A stretch of DNA of 64,000 nt from Selaginella moellendorffii (GCF_000143415.4 NW_003314266.1:199329-263328); one strand, 5' to 3'. Positions 1 through 14,200 are shown, counted from the stretch's first letter. The notes: generated by a model not told the origin, from the sequence alone. A program made the numbers and translations.

Positions 1-464
1 GCGTGCGAGTGAGAGAGATATGAGTCTCACACGCCCGCCGTGTGTGAATATATACTCTCTACGCTATTGAGAGTCACACGAGTCTCATATGCCTGAGGTG
101 CCCCAATAAATACCCCACCCGCGACGCGCTCCAAGGGAGTGCGCTCTAGATTTAAAGCGCGAATATATTCGAGAGCTCTATATTTAGATCTCGCGCACAC
201 TTATATCACATTTAGAGAGGAAAGGGAGAGTGATAAAATAAAAGTAAAAACACACTCCCCCATACACATTAAAGCACACATAAAAAAATTTCCCCCCCCC
301 AAAAAAAAAGTAGAGCTTCTCACACCCCCCCCCATATATATTTGTGATATAGAAATAGATATATATATTGGGTTTACACCCCCCCCCCCTAGACTAGATA
401 CACTCCCCCACACATGGCGCGTATGCTCTAGACCTCTCCATTGTGTGTTATCTATATAGAGAGA

Positions 465-1910
<1,446 letters not shown>

Positions 1911-3280
1911 CAAATTTAGTCTCAAATAGATGATCTATATTGAATTAAGGGTTCTGGGATATTTAGGGTTAAACATCTTAATATTGGGCTATCTCCATTT
2001 GAATTATTGGGCCAATTAATCTTTCAAAAAGTTTAAATTCAAGAACTTATATTTAGTATAGAGAAGTATTGGGTCTAACTCTGTTGATTAGCTAGAGAAT
2101 TCACACCACATATTGAGATTGGTTTAGTTTGCTTTAGCTGGGTCAATCCGAAGGAACAAAGAAAATTATTGCTAAAAAAATCAATATTATAAATACTTTT
2201 GTTTGTGCTAATTGTTATATCTTACCATATTGCATCCTTAGTTTAGCATTAAGTAAATAGTCTTCCATGTCTAAAAAAAAAAGCTATAACAAGAGAATCA
2301 GCTTTATATATAGAGAGAGAAAGAACATACCTTTATTAAAGTACTACATAATTGCTACTTAAACACCCCCAAGATCTACAAAGTGCATATATTAATCCTA
2401 GTCTAATTTTGCTAGCACCCAAATAAAATGCAAGCTCTTGACATACTCTACTAGAATATTGTGAGTAAGAGGAATGTAGTACATAACCAAAGAAAGGGAG
2501 TAGTTGCCAATGCATAGGTATCACCCTAAAACCTACTGAAACCACCCTAATAGTTTCTTCATACATGTCTTTTGATGCTCTTTTAAATATATAATGATGA
2601 ATTTAGTAATAAAAAACAAGACTTATCTCACAATAAGTATGACATGTGAGCTCTTTAGGAAAGAGCAGAGGAATTATGGGCACAAGAGCTCAAGACCCAC
2701 TACTTCCTCAGTTTTGCAATGAATGCATCTTCTAGACTAACTAGTGTTTTCCATCAAATTTTATTATAACTAGGCACTTGGGTTTGGAATAAAAACTGTA
2801 ATAAGTTTATGAGAAATTTATTGAAGGCTTTCAAGAGATTTTGAGTAATTTCAGAATGACCATAGATTATGTGTTAAACTACATCAATCTAGATTTAAAT
2901 AAACAAGATATAATCAAAATATAAATCTTTATCTATCTTTTTTTTTCATATATTGCTGCAAGTATATATTATTACAGCATGAAGTTGTTGCTTGAATTTT
3001 TAAAATTATAGCTTGTTTTACAACCATGGTTGAAATTCAGTTTTTTTAACTAAATTCAATTATATAATTTTCAATATTGTTTTGTAACACTGCAAGGTAA
3101 CCTTCTTCTTCACAATAATTTATTCCATATTGCATATAACAACACTTAATTTATTTAATAGTAGTGTTTTTCCAGTTTAGTATTATTAGTTGATGAAAGT
3201 GTAATTTAAGTTAAATTCTTAAAATTTTGTTAGAAGAGAGTGGATATTATAAATTATTCATGACACATTTGTGGGCATAA

Positions 3281-3380
3281 NNNNNNNNNNNNNNNNNNNN
3301 NNNNNNNNNNNNNNNNNNNNNNNNNNNNNNNNNNNNNNNNNNNNNNNNNNNNNNNNNNNNNNNNNNNNNNNNNNNNNNNN
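3281..3380. other. Assembly gap (100 N)
   Basis: Run of 100 n characters. Confidence 1.
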
Positions 3381-4469
3381 GCCTTCGCTGATTATATACT
3401 AATTTAATTCTAATTTTATAAAGAGATCAGAACTTAAATAAATACTTTTATAAAAAATTATTTAATAAGATTAAAAACTACTTAAATTTGAGTAATTGGA
3501 TTGAAGAAAACCCTATTATCTGTTATTTTAGTTATTAAATCTGGTCCAGTTATTTTGAAATGTGACATAATCTTAACAGTTAAATACTTTCTATAAAATT
3601 AGACCTATAAGGTCTATAAATATATATATTTATATATATGTATTAGTTAGGTGATATATTGAATATAGGACTATAGCATATAGAAAGAAATATTTTTATT
3701 TATGGGCCCTTTCCTCAACCTTTATAAATTGTTTCTCAAATCATTCTTTTTGGTTTTTTACAAAGCTTTATTTTATATTTAACAAATAAATAAATCACTT
3801 CCTATAAGTTTTTGAATTTGGACTTCTCAAAAGATCAATTAGCCTAATATTTCAAATGAAGAAAATAACATTTTTTTTAATTACTTATTGTAAACCATAA
3901 ATTTTTCCTTTCTAATTTGCTAACTTACCTCATTTATCCGACCACTACAACCTTGGCCTTAGTTAATTTCCCTTACCAATGTTCTCTCTTATTGTACCAA
4001 CTCCTACTTGGTTCTATTTAGTTTCAATAACTCATGCATGAGCAATAGAGCGTTAACTATCCATACATAAATTCCCAAATTCTCTCCCAATCCCCCTCCC
4101 TAAGTTGAACTAAATTTTAAATTCAATTACACTCCCCACAGGCACAAACAGCCAAACATACCAAGCCTCAAAGTTTCTAACATCCTTTAATATAACAAAA
4201 CTTAATTATGGGACCTTCTAAATCCCAAATCTTGAAGCAAATGTTGCATTCAAGATCAAGGTTTGGGAGTAGTGTATTTAGTGCTGTACAAGATCAAATT
4301 TAAAGAGCTCAAAGCATGGAGTCTTAAAATTGGAGCTGATGGGACTTTGGAGCTATAAGATTAAATCTTATCATAAACCTTATAAACCTTAGAGTAATAT
4401 AAAACAGGTTTGTGCATTCCAACTGGGAATGAATCTAATATGCAAGTCATCTAATACAACTTCTCTGTT

Positions 4470-5700
4470 GCAGATGTTCACTCATCCTTTTCTGGAGCAT
4501 TTGCTTGGATTCTCCAAACTTTGAAAAGCTAAGAAATTTCTTTCAGGGAATTGGTTTTGAAGGTCATGCTTATTTGAAGCAAAAATGATGATTGGAAGTA
4601 TTCATGTACCTCAAGTGGATTTCTGGTTCAGTTGGAATGCTAGGTTGTAAATTGTCTCTTATGAACTTTGTTTTTTCAAAGTAGTACTTAGTTCCAAAAT
4701 CTTTTTCTCTTGCTTAACTTTATATTGTTTATGCCCAGGTATGGAGGAGCTTTGTGAGATACTGCCATGGATGGGCTCTTTATAACGCACTTGTGAGAAG
4801 CAAAAGCAACATAGGAAAACACGTCTACTGGGAGTTGAGCAGTGTGACTGATGCCATTGTCGACAGTTGCCTCGCTCTGCTCCCAGAAGCTTGCTACGGT
4901 CCAGCCGCCTTCCTCACTAGCCTGCTCGATCCAGTCAAGAGCCTGGCACCTAAGGAGCTTCCATCTCGGCTCTAGAACGCCTTGAAAACAATCATCATCT
5001 CTCTGCCAAAGAGCTCTATGATTAAATTCCCGGGGCGTGCACGGCGGCGAATCGTCGATGTGGAGCGTGAGGGAGTCGTGGTGGTGGTGGTAGAAGGAGG
5101 GGCGGTGGCAGTGGCTGCCACCCGAGTAGAGCACCGTGGTATCGTCGCCCACGCGGACGCGCACCGGGGAGCAGGAGCACGGTGAGCAGTGGGCCGAGGA
5201 GATGTGGACGCGGGGGCTGTGGCTGAGGGAGCGGTCAAGTTTGTGGAGATTCCAGGAGCTCTTTTGTAGCAGGAGTTCCCTGAACAAATTGCCAGTGAGC
5301 TCTACGATTTCTAGCAAATCTATGAAGAAATTTTTGTGGCACTATTTGGCTCATCTCATTTTGTCAATGGGTTTTTGGATAGTGAGTTCCTGGGAAATAA
5401 TGAAATGAATTTTTGTATTGTTTGCCTTGATAGCTCACAGGTTAGTAGCAAAAGGACAATATGACCATGGAGACGCTTGCTTCCATATGCTCTAGATATA
5501 CCAGCACTTCAGAATCGTCCAGAAGCCAATTATCACACATATATCCTCAAGAGATTGTTTCAAGTGCTGCCAAATGCAAACAAGTATGAATTAGTATGAA
5601 ATCTCATCAATGAGAGAATGCTAGAGCTTTGCAAGCTCGAGGCTGATGAGAAGGAGATCGAGTAGCGATCTGGAAGGACACTTTACATTAATGTGAAGAA
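4470..5700 (+). pseudogene. Mosaic of degraded exon-like fragments of unknown family
   Basis: Exon-like blocks bounded by AG/GT (e.g. 4739-4975, 5441-5690) carry stops. A GC-rich insert at about 5030-5240 reads as protein-like on the minus strand (SHSPRVHISSAHCSPCSCSPVRVRVGDD...). No family recognised. Confidence 0.3.
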
Positions 5701-6347
5701 AAGAGTTAGAGAAAAAGAAAATAATGGAAAAACAGTTATTGTAAGTTCTATTAGAGGGTGTCATGCATTGGCAAGGCTTATTTTCTTAGAACTTCAAGGT
5801 CCTTTCTTGCTTTCTTCTTAGCAGCCAGTGCTTTGAACTGATTGATCAATTTAGCCAGCAGTCTCTCAATCCATTTTCTCAGAAAATATTTATCATATAA
5901 ATTATTATGTTTTAGTTCTAATTAGTTAAGTAAATATTAGATAAAAGGCACATTCTTTTTTATAAAATCTTGGAATCAGAAACATAAATGCCAAGATCTT
6001 ATTCAATTTTGAATCCTACATATTATTCACATGATAACATGGTTATTCTCATGTATTGTATCTCTTAGCTTGTTCTATATTATAGTCCACTATCCTATCG
6101 ATAATCTAAATAACATATAATAATTCTAACATTTTATATATACTGATGTAAAATTTGTAGCATTATTTCTTTATTGAACAATTTTTTTAATCATTTTAAA
6201 GCATCTTTGTAAATTTATTTCTAAATTTATTCCAGTGTAGCTGTACTTGGTAAGAAACAATTCTTTAATTAGAAGAATTCTGTCTAAAGTAACCTCACTC
6301 CTCTATCACCACTTGAAGCATAAACTGCTCGTTGTATTGCCACAGAT

Positions 6348-7145
6348 TCAGAATGTCGACTTTACACACAGGAGCTCCACAAGTGTCATTGTTGCCCCCA
6401 TGAGAAATGGAATGATCAAGCCCATAATCAAATGAAATATCAGCTTCAACCTTTTGTTCTTGTTGAGGAAATGAACTGATTGAGCAGTGCATATATTTGG
6501 AATGGTGTGAAGTCCAGTATAGATGATCCATGTTAAAATCCAACCCGGCCAATGACCCTTGAGTGAAATTATTGTGGTCCCGACATTCATCCCTCCCACT
6601 AAACCTCCAGTAACAAACAAGGTGATGGGTTTGATATCGCTTGTAAAATAAATCCACACAATGTAAAGCATCATATTTATCATGCAAATGATGCTAAACA
6701 TTCCACTGCTCATCTCCGTGATGAAGCAATACCCATACTTGAGTATAGATCCCTGGAAAAGACATTGAAGCATTAGAAAAAAATTAATTCACACAATTTT
6801 ACATACCTCATTATAACCATAATAGCAATTGTAAAAGCTATTCTCCTTGAGAATAAGACAGTTAACACATAAGAAACCCGTAAGGATCAAAAGTCCGGCA
6901 ACAAAGTAATCTCGACATTGACTTAAAAACTTTTTTTGTTGTTCAGTAAACACTCTTTCCTTCTCTTTCCACATATCAAACCTTAACTTGGCTTTTAGCA
7001 ACTCATAATAATGATCGTTATCTTCCATCCAATCAATCTCTCCTTTCATAGGAAAAACTTTTGATCTGTGAGGTTTCCGAAGACACAACTCTCCATGAGA
7101 TCTGTGCGGTATGCACGCAACTGAGCTCATATCCTTTAACGCCAT
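6348..7145 (-). CDS. Two-exon orphan multi-pass membrane protein (about 247 aa, about 5 TM segments)
   Basis: Exon 1 (7145-6807) and exon 2 (6752-6348) join in frame across a 54 bp GT-AG intron (6806-6753). Hydrophobic stretches: YFVAGLLILTGFLCVNCLIL, MFSIICMINMMLYIVWIYF, ITLFVTGGLVGGMNVGTTIISL, WILTWIIYTGL, LIFHLIMGLIIPFLMGATMTLV. Confidence 0.6.
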
Positions 7146-7230
7146 CTACTACAATGTAAAATCCTTTACAGAAACCTAGATTTATACAATGAATTATCCT
7201 TTTTCCCAAAAAGGAGTGGCGGCACGTGGC

Positions 7231-7671
7231 AAATTGATCTGGAAGTGAAACAATCCACGGGGGAACACGAACAGCTCGCCGGGATAGATGGTCTAGAGCT
7301 GAAACATAGAGAGCTCCCTGGACGAGGAAGAGGAGCTCGGTGACTTGTGGGGGATTGACACCGCCGGGAGCGTAGTCAAGGAGCACAAATGAGATGCCCA
7401 CAGAGTGTTGAGCTCAGGGAAATTGGCAACGTTTGCAGCGGTGACGGCGGAGGTGAGCCTGTTGCTGGTGTTGCCCGGGTTCCTGAGCAAACCCAACTTG
7501 AAGTCCTCGGCTGCCATGGGCTTGCAAACCTTGCCATTGATGGTGATAGTGCTGTTGTTGTCCGCAACACAAACTTCCTGGAGCATGTCCTCATGCAGCG
7601 CGAATGAGTGGTTTTTGTGAGCACGCAAAGGCAAAGAGGGTGATGAGAATTGCCAGCATTGTTGCCGCCAT
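7231..7671 (-). pseudogene. Germin-like pseudogene, 5' portion (inverted copy of 12829-13320)
   Basis: DMLQEVCVADNNSTITINGKVCKPM...LLRNPGNTSNRL...APGGVNPPQVTELLFLVQG with frameshifts and loss of the HVHPRG metal motif. Ends at FQIN. The upstream TATA region (7700-7800) also matches 12700-12800. Confidence 0.93.
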
Positions 7672-8323
7672 GGAATGAGAGAAAAATATCCTTGATATGA
7701 GACACTGTTGAGAGGGAAATGGATTGGGCTTATAAAGGGAGTCTAGGACAATCTAGCACCTCTAGACTTGCATGGCCTTTCTCATCCATCGATACATTAG
7801 TTCTTCACCATGTAACTATCAAATAACCAGATCTAGCATTCGTGGACAATAGAATTGAAGGAAGGCTGACTGACAAGTAATCACTTTCCATCTAGTTACG
7901 ACCAAGAAGGCGTTGTATGCATTTAGCTTAAACAATACCAACTAGCTCTGGCCTTTTGCTTTTTCTTGTGGAATTAAGAAAATCAGCTTAAAAACAACTT
8001 TGTAGAGCTTGCAATTGCTGTATTATTCGTTGTGCTTTGCCGCAGATTGAAGATGGAGCTCGACTATGGTGATCGGGCACTAAATGTGTGGAATTGCTTG
8101 TGATGAAGATGTGTATGCCACAGTCCCAAAACACAAACCTCCACTTGGTTGGCTGACCAAAGCAAAGGACGCTGTGAGAAATAAGAACCAAGCAAGCAAC
8201 TCGGAATACTTCCGATCCTCGCGCAAAATTTTTTTATCCGGTTTATATTTTTACAGCCGACCCTAATGGGAACCCTAATTTTATTCTTGGCATATACCTT
8301 TCATTTCGGGAGGAGGGCGAGAA

Positions 8324-11300
8324 ATGGCGAGGCGCATCGCGAATCCAAGGTACTACCAAGGAGTAGTTGTCGTAGCCGCGGCACCGTCCTTTTGGGAGCT
8401 GCTAGTGCTGTGCGTTGTGGTGCTGGGCATGCTCTCGTTCTTGGTGCTCTCGCCGCTCGTTTTCAAGTTCTGGAAGCGCAACACGCAGCAGCCAAAGGGA
8501 CGACGAGCTTTCGCGCAGCGACGACAATCCACACTCACAGCTTTCGCGCAGCCCAGCAGGGAGTGCTCGTTTTGCTGCATCGACATCAACTTGCTCAAGC
8601 TCAAGACAAGTAAGCATTTTCCAGTTTTTTTTATAAAGGGTGTTTAGTTTTGGTGTTGACCTTTATTCCACTTGTTTCTAAACCTCTGTTTACAGTGTCC
8701 GGGATTCGGAATATTGACTTTGGCCGGACTCCTGCTGTACGACCATCGAGTAATAACCCAATCTTCTATGCTCCTCGCATCAGTGACTACGAATGTAAGT
8801 TTCTTGTTTATCTTCCAGGACCTGGCTGACTTTGATTTGTTTCTTTTTTTTTTTCATAGACCTTCTTGACTACCAACACTCGAGAATGATGCCAGGTGTT
8901 GTTCTTGACTTCCAGAGCTCAAGAATGGTGCCAGCGGTTCACAGCGGGTCCCTTGACACTGATCTAGCTGAGCTGCCAAGGAGCGTTGTTCCACAGCCTC
9001 CAATCACCTCGGAAGTTCGTTTGCCTTTGACAATGCTCGACTTTGTGATCCCTCCGGCTTTCATGCCTGGTCAGCTGCAGCAAGAGCAAAGCCATCACGA
9101 CATAACGACTGCCTCCAGCGTGAGCTCTGAGCCGCAGTTACTGCTGGAGATTGACAATGAAGTAAGCCCACTCTGCTTTTCATATTGTCACTAACACACA
9201 CCTGATGCAGTTTCTCAAGCGCTTGGAGGTCGTCTCTGAGCTCCTTATCGCAAGGTCAATCCAGGAGTCACGCATGGCCATGGCTTGTGTTGGTTATGGC
9301 CAGCTACAGTGTTTGCTCATGATCTTGCTTCAGCAGCAGAGTCATGACGATGGTGTGCTCAACACGTCCAATGAGGTAAGCTTTCTCGTCTTTCCAGTCT
9401 ACTTGGAGTCATTTTCTAATCTCTTTGTCCATGCAGTTTTTACGTACGCTGGTAAAGCACACAAGAGAAGCCAAGTGTACATTCCTCGACCTCAATCAAG
9501 ACATATCGGTCTCACAACTCTACGGTCAAGACTTTATGCCTCTGCAGCGTCAATCGGTGATGATCAAGGGATTACGGAGCAATGCAATCTTCACGCTCCA
9601 GGTGATTAGTGAGCCCGGCTTAATTCCCGGATGTGGTTCGAAGTCCTACAACTCTAGCGTAAGAATACTTTCCATATTCCTTGGCTCAGTGGTTCCAAGT
9701 CCAGCATACTCTTTTCCACTAAATGTAAGTCTATCTTCTCCTCGCTCCACACTTAACACTTGGCTTCTATAGGTTGCGTTGCCGGAGCTGGCAAGTGGTG
9801 CTCGTTCTGTTCTTCGCATCACCAGCGGCATGGAAGCTCCTCTTCCTGGTCGGCCTGGTGCTCCACTGCTGCTCAACAATCTATGCTGTTCACGCTTTTC
9901 TGGTGATCTTTCCTCGTGGACTTGTGTGGAGCTCCAGGTGCCGAGTTATCCATCACTGTTTGAGTTGGCGGTGCTCAAACTCAACGCAGTTATTCCGCAG
10001 CCTCCAATCACCCCACTGCTTATCAAGCTAGTCTGCGTCAACTTCCAAGGAGATTACAATACTACTAACTGTAAGCTGTTTATGTTTTTGTTTGCATCAT
10101 CCTTATCAAGTGTTTTGGTTTGAAGTTCCAGCAATCTGCGAGCGGGAAGTACATCGCGACATTGTGCCTGAGAGAGGAAAACAAGAAGCTCCTTGGTTCC
10201 TTGGTGCTCGGCTGCTGCTCAACGATGATGAAAGCCCTCCATGCTCTTTACGGTTTTGTGGCGCTCTTTCCTCCGGGACTTGTGTTGAGCTCCAGGCGCC
10301 GATTTATCCATCATTAATCGAGCGAGCGTTACTTTATGAACCATATCGTAAGCGCTGCACTTCAGATTTTCGTTCTTTACGATAATTGACGACAATTGGT
10401 TTGCCACTCAGCGTCTTGGACGTTCTGGACGCTCTAACTGAACGATTTCATACTGGCAAACCCCAGCATTTTCTGGTTATCGGGGAGCGGAGAGTCACAC
10501 TGATGTTTGGGCCCCGGAGGGAGTGCTCGTTTTGTGTCATCGACATCAGCAAGATCACGCTCAATAAAATCATGCCCCTTAGGTTTGTTTTTTACTGTTT
10601 TGACAGTGTCGGGGCTTACTTTCCCGTGGCATGGCAGCCTTCGTGCTTTGGAATCAACACTCCCTGATGATCACAATGCTTATACAGATGTAAGTACTCT
10701 TCCAAATTCCTTGTGGATTTTAGCTCTGAATTTATGTGTTGATTGAGCAGGAGGTCTTTGACATGTTTATTAATCTTATTCACGCGTCAAAAGGTGGCTG
10801 GAAATATTCTAATTTACATGTACGTTTGAATTCAATTTTCATTCGATGCTTTTTGGATCTTTTATATTAATTTGCGAATGCAGGAACTATACGCTGGCTT
10901 TAAAGACGCTTGGCTTTTGCGTGGTGGCCAATTTCGGGCTCAGGTACAAGAGCTGCTAAGGCGTGGTGCTCCGCCTTTTATAAACTATGAGTGGGAAAGT
11001 CACAACATTCTATCTGAGCTAGAAAAACAAGAAGCGGCCAGCTTGGATGATCAGTCAGACGACGGTGCTGTTTTGCCACCATCCATCCATCAACTTGGAA
11101 GCTCTGGCAACTTCTTGGAGGTGATACCGATTGCGGCGGATTGCTCCTTCGAGGATTTGGAGCTCCAAGTTCGTGGTTCAAGACGATCCTGTAGCTCCCA
11201 CGTAAGTATTCTTTCCGTTTCTCATGGATGTTATACCTGAATATAAGTTATGCAGTTCTCGGATGCCATCTTCAAAGACGCAGGAGGAGATTTGATGCGG

Positions 11301-11639
11301 CACGAGCCAGCTGGAGACCTGGAGGATGGCTGGGAAGAATTGCCGATGGATGAAGGATGGAGCGACTTTTCCGAATTGGTGAGCGATGAGCAAGGAGTTA
11401 GTGCTGTTTTTGTGGAGATCCGTGAAGCTGATCAACCTGGGAGCTCAGAGAACGAGGGTGATTTGACGCCTTATGCAGCAGCAGAACTGCTAGATGCAGT
11501 ACCAGCGACAATGTTAACAACCTTGACATTCATGGGCGACATAGCGACACCATTGTTTTGTGCCACTGGTAAGTGTTTTTTTTTTTTTTCCTCTGTTGTT
11601 TCTCTTCTCCTTTCAACAGTCACTGACACGAACACTTGA
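8324..11639 (+). CDS. Orphan multi-exon gene (about 12 exons) with N-terminal TM anchor and internally duplicated segments; possibly disrupted near 10350-10385
   Basis: Series of short GT(AAG)...YAG introns that keep the frame open (e.g. 8610-8695, 8795-8859, 9161-9210, 9376-9436, 9724-9771). TM segment FWELLVLCVVVLGMLSFLVLSPLVF. Repeated RECSFCxIDI and TCVELQxPxYPSL motifs. No in-frame acceptor found after the donor at about 10348. Confidence 0.6.
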
Positions 11640-12773
11640 ACAGGTATAGAGAAGGCGATAAGTGGTGCTATCAGAATAAAACAGAAGGTGTGCTAGCCAT
11701 TTTCAGCGTATGCAGCACCTATACAGCGACAAGGACGATTTTGTCAGCTTGATGGTTGAACGAGCGAGCTCTCGGCGCTCTCACTTTCACAGATAATTGA
11801 AGTTGACACGATGACGATCAGTATGGAGGCACAATTCTATTTTCCTCACGTTGGGCTCCACATGGAGCGGCTCAAAGATTATCACGGTCAAATGAAACAC
11901 AGCTGCTTGGAAACACAAGAGCATAACTTGAAGAAGAAGAAGATAATGTAATCTATAAAGTGGGCAACAACAGCAAAGCATCTTCTGCTTGGAGTTACGC
12001 GCGGCTGGACGAGGCTCAGGTGGCTCTCGGAAGTTTTAGCATGGATGGCGAGCGTTGATCCAGACTTCAGCAAGTTGGCTTTTTCCACACAATTGTGCAA
12101 CAGCAGGGATTGCAAGCCGGTATTTGTGAGAACTCAATACTTGCATTTCTTGCTAAGACTGAGGGAAACGTCTGAAAGGCAAGAGCATTGCAGCATCAAC
12201 CAAACACAAGGCAAATGCTGCAGGACGCCATGTAGTCGCCAGCTGAGGCATACATATCTAAGAAACGGCCTGGTTTGATTCATCTCCTCCTGCAAGAGAC
12301 ACATTTAGTCCCGAGCTCCATCTTCGATCCGCGCCACAACGAAGAAGAATCCTACCTAAAGTCTCAAAATCCAGACAGCGCCTTGAACCAGAGCGTACCA
12401 AATCCATGCTGCGCAATACGCCGGGCTGCACATTAAGACTTGCAAGAGCCTAGTTTTGCAAGTAACCATGAGATTCTCTTTAGCTCCAAAATAAACGCGA
12501 CTCGTCCTTAGCCCTGTGTTTTCCCTTCCCTGATAGTTTTCCTTTGTTGTGCATAAAACGCGCTCGTTTTATATTTTCCACGAATGCGAAAATCTCCCGC
12601 AACTAATTACCTGTAAGTAAGAGCCAATTCCGTAACTTACCTGGAAGTAAGAGCGAAAACTCCGTGTCGCTTTGTTCATCTTCCAGTTCTTTCCCAAGCC
12701 CCATGCATCGATGGCATGCAAGTCTAGAGGTGCTAGATCGTCCCAAAACCTCTTTATAAACCCCACCCCATTT

Positions 12774-12828
12774 CCCTCTCCGACAGTGCCTTCGGTCAAG
12801 GGTAGTTCTTCATCGTTTCTCTCATTCC
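12774..12828 (+). promoter_or_regulatory. Germin 5' leader, downstream of a TATA box (TTTATAAA at about 12753-12760)
   Basis: TATA-like motif about 70 bp upstream of the ATG, conserved in the inverted pseudogene copy at about 7730. Confidence 0.45.
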
Positions 12829-13500
12829 ATGGCAGCAACAATGCTGGCAATTCTCATCTCCATCTTTGTCTTTGCGTGCTCGCCACCCCCACTCGTCCTT
12901 GCTGCCGATGAGGACATGCTCCAGGACGTTTGCGTCGCAGACAACAACAGCACTATCATCATCAATGGCAAGGTGTGCAAGCCCATGGCAGCGGTGGTGG
13001 CCGAGGACTTCAAGTCGGGCTTGCTCAGGAACCCGGGCAACACCAGCAACAGGCTCGGCTCCGCCGTCACCGCTGCAAACGTTGGCAATTTCCCTGGACT
13101 CAACACTCTGGGCGTCTCGTTTGCGCGCCTCGACTTCGCCCCCGGCGGTGTCAACCCCCCACACGTCCACCCCCGGGGCACCGAGCTCCTCTTCCTCGTC
13201 CAGGGAGCTCTCTACGTGGGCTTCGTCACCACCGCACCGGAGAACCGGCTCTTCGCGCAGACCATATATCCCGGCGAGCTGTTCGTGTTCCCCCGTGGAT
13301 TGATTCACTTCCAGATCAACGTTTGCAATGAGCCTGCGGTGGCGGTGGCCGGGTTTAACTCGCAGAACCCCGGAGTCTCCCAGGTTGCCAAGGCCGTGTT
13401 TGGCTCAAATCCTCCCATCCTGGACGCCGTCATCGAGAGGACGTTCCAGATCGATGATGCTCTCGTGCAGAGGCTCAGGGATCTCGTGAGCATGACGTAG
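12829..13500 (+). CDS. GLP: Germin-like protein (cupin), intronless, secreted
   Basis: Signal peptide; box A QDVCVAD; box B GVNPPHVHPRGTE; box C GELFVFPRGLIHFQ; AGFNSQNPG. The Mn-binding His/His/Glu/His residues are intact. Confidence 0.96.
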   Translation: MAATMLAILISIFVFACSPPPLVLAADEDMLQDVCVADNNSTIIINGKVCKPMAAVVAEDFKSGLLRNPGNTSNRLGSAVTAANVGNFPGLNTLGVSFARLDFAPGGVNPPHVHPRGTELLFLVQGALYVGFVTTAPENRLFAQTIYPGELFVFPRGLIHFQINVCNEPAVAVAGFNSQNPGVSQVAKAVFGSNPPILDAVIERTFQIDDALVQRLRDLVSMT

Positions 13501-13551
13501 AATATCGTTTCTCCATTGGAATAACTGTTTTGATTAATAACTTAAAAATTC

Positions 13552-14200
13552 TTGCGAGTTCTCGCGAAATCTGCGAACGGGTCACTCGAGCAGCTTGAAG
13601 TTCCTGTGGTTGCCAAGACTGCTCGCGGCCTCTGGCAATACTCGATCAGAAAGCACGAGCGGCTGGTGTACGTGCGGAGCCACCCGGTAGCGTCTGTGGT
13701 TGCGCTGACCGGGAACTCGGGCTTTATCTTCATGCGCTCCTCCACAAGATGTCATGATCTAACATCGATTGCAGCGAGAAATTCCTCATCACTGGTTTTC
13801 TCTGAAGCAAAAAATACTGGGATCTCATCTTTCTCAAGTTCCACGCATTCAACAAGTTCTACACCGTGTTCCACCAATCCTCTTGTAAGAAGGATTCTCT
13901 TGTTGTTGGATTCAAGCCAGCATCCTTGGTCCTGCTTACAAGGCCATCTCGCCAAATACTTGCACAGCATCCCTTTGCAATGCCTTTGTAGCATCAATAA
14001 GAACACAAGATGCCCTTCCAAGGCAAATCTTGTAAGAGCCCATGTAGTCCTTGCTCCCGCATCATTCTTCTCTATCCTTTTCCACCATGTGATCAAACTC
14101 TTTGACGAAAAGGTAATGGAACTAGGCATGCTGTTGCTTTGACCAGTTGACTGCCCTTGGATAGTTAATGTTACCCAAGGCCCATGGAACCTAATAATCT
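13552..14200 (+). pseudogene. Degraded P-loop NTPase relic, possibly Crinkler/RHS-type
   Basis: LVYVRS...VASVVALTGNSG, RILLLLDS, HVVLAPAS and QGPWNL. The paralog at 20700-21040 (-) retains VVALGTPGTGK (Walker A). Confidence 0.35.

Noticed and set aside
1-460. Odd low-complexity start and the ORFs over 139-768
   Set aside because: Looks like low-quality read sequence beyond a long (AT)n tract. The YIYIYI ORFs are microsatellite artefacts.
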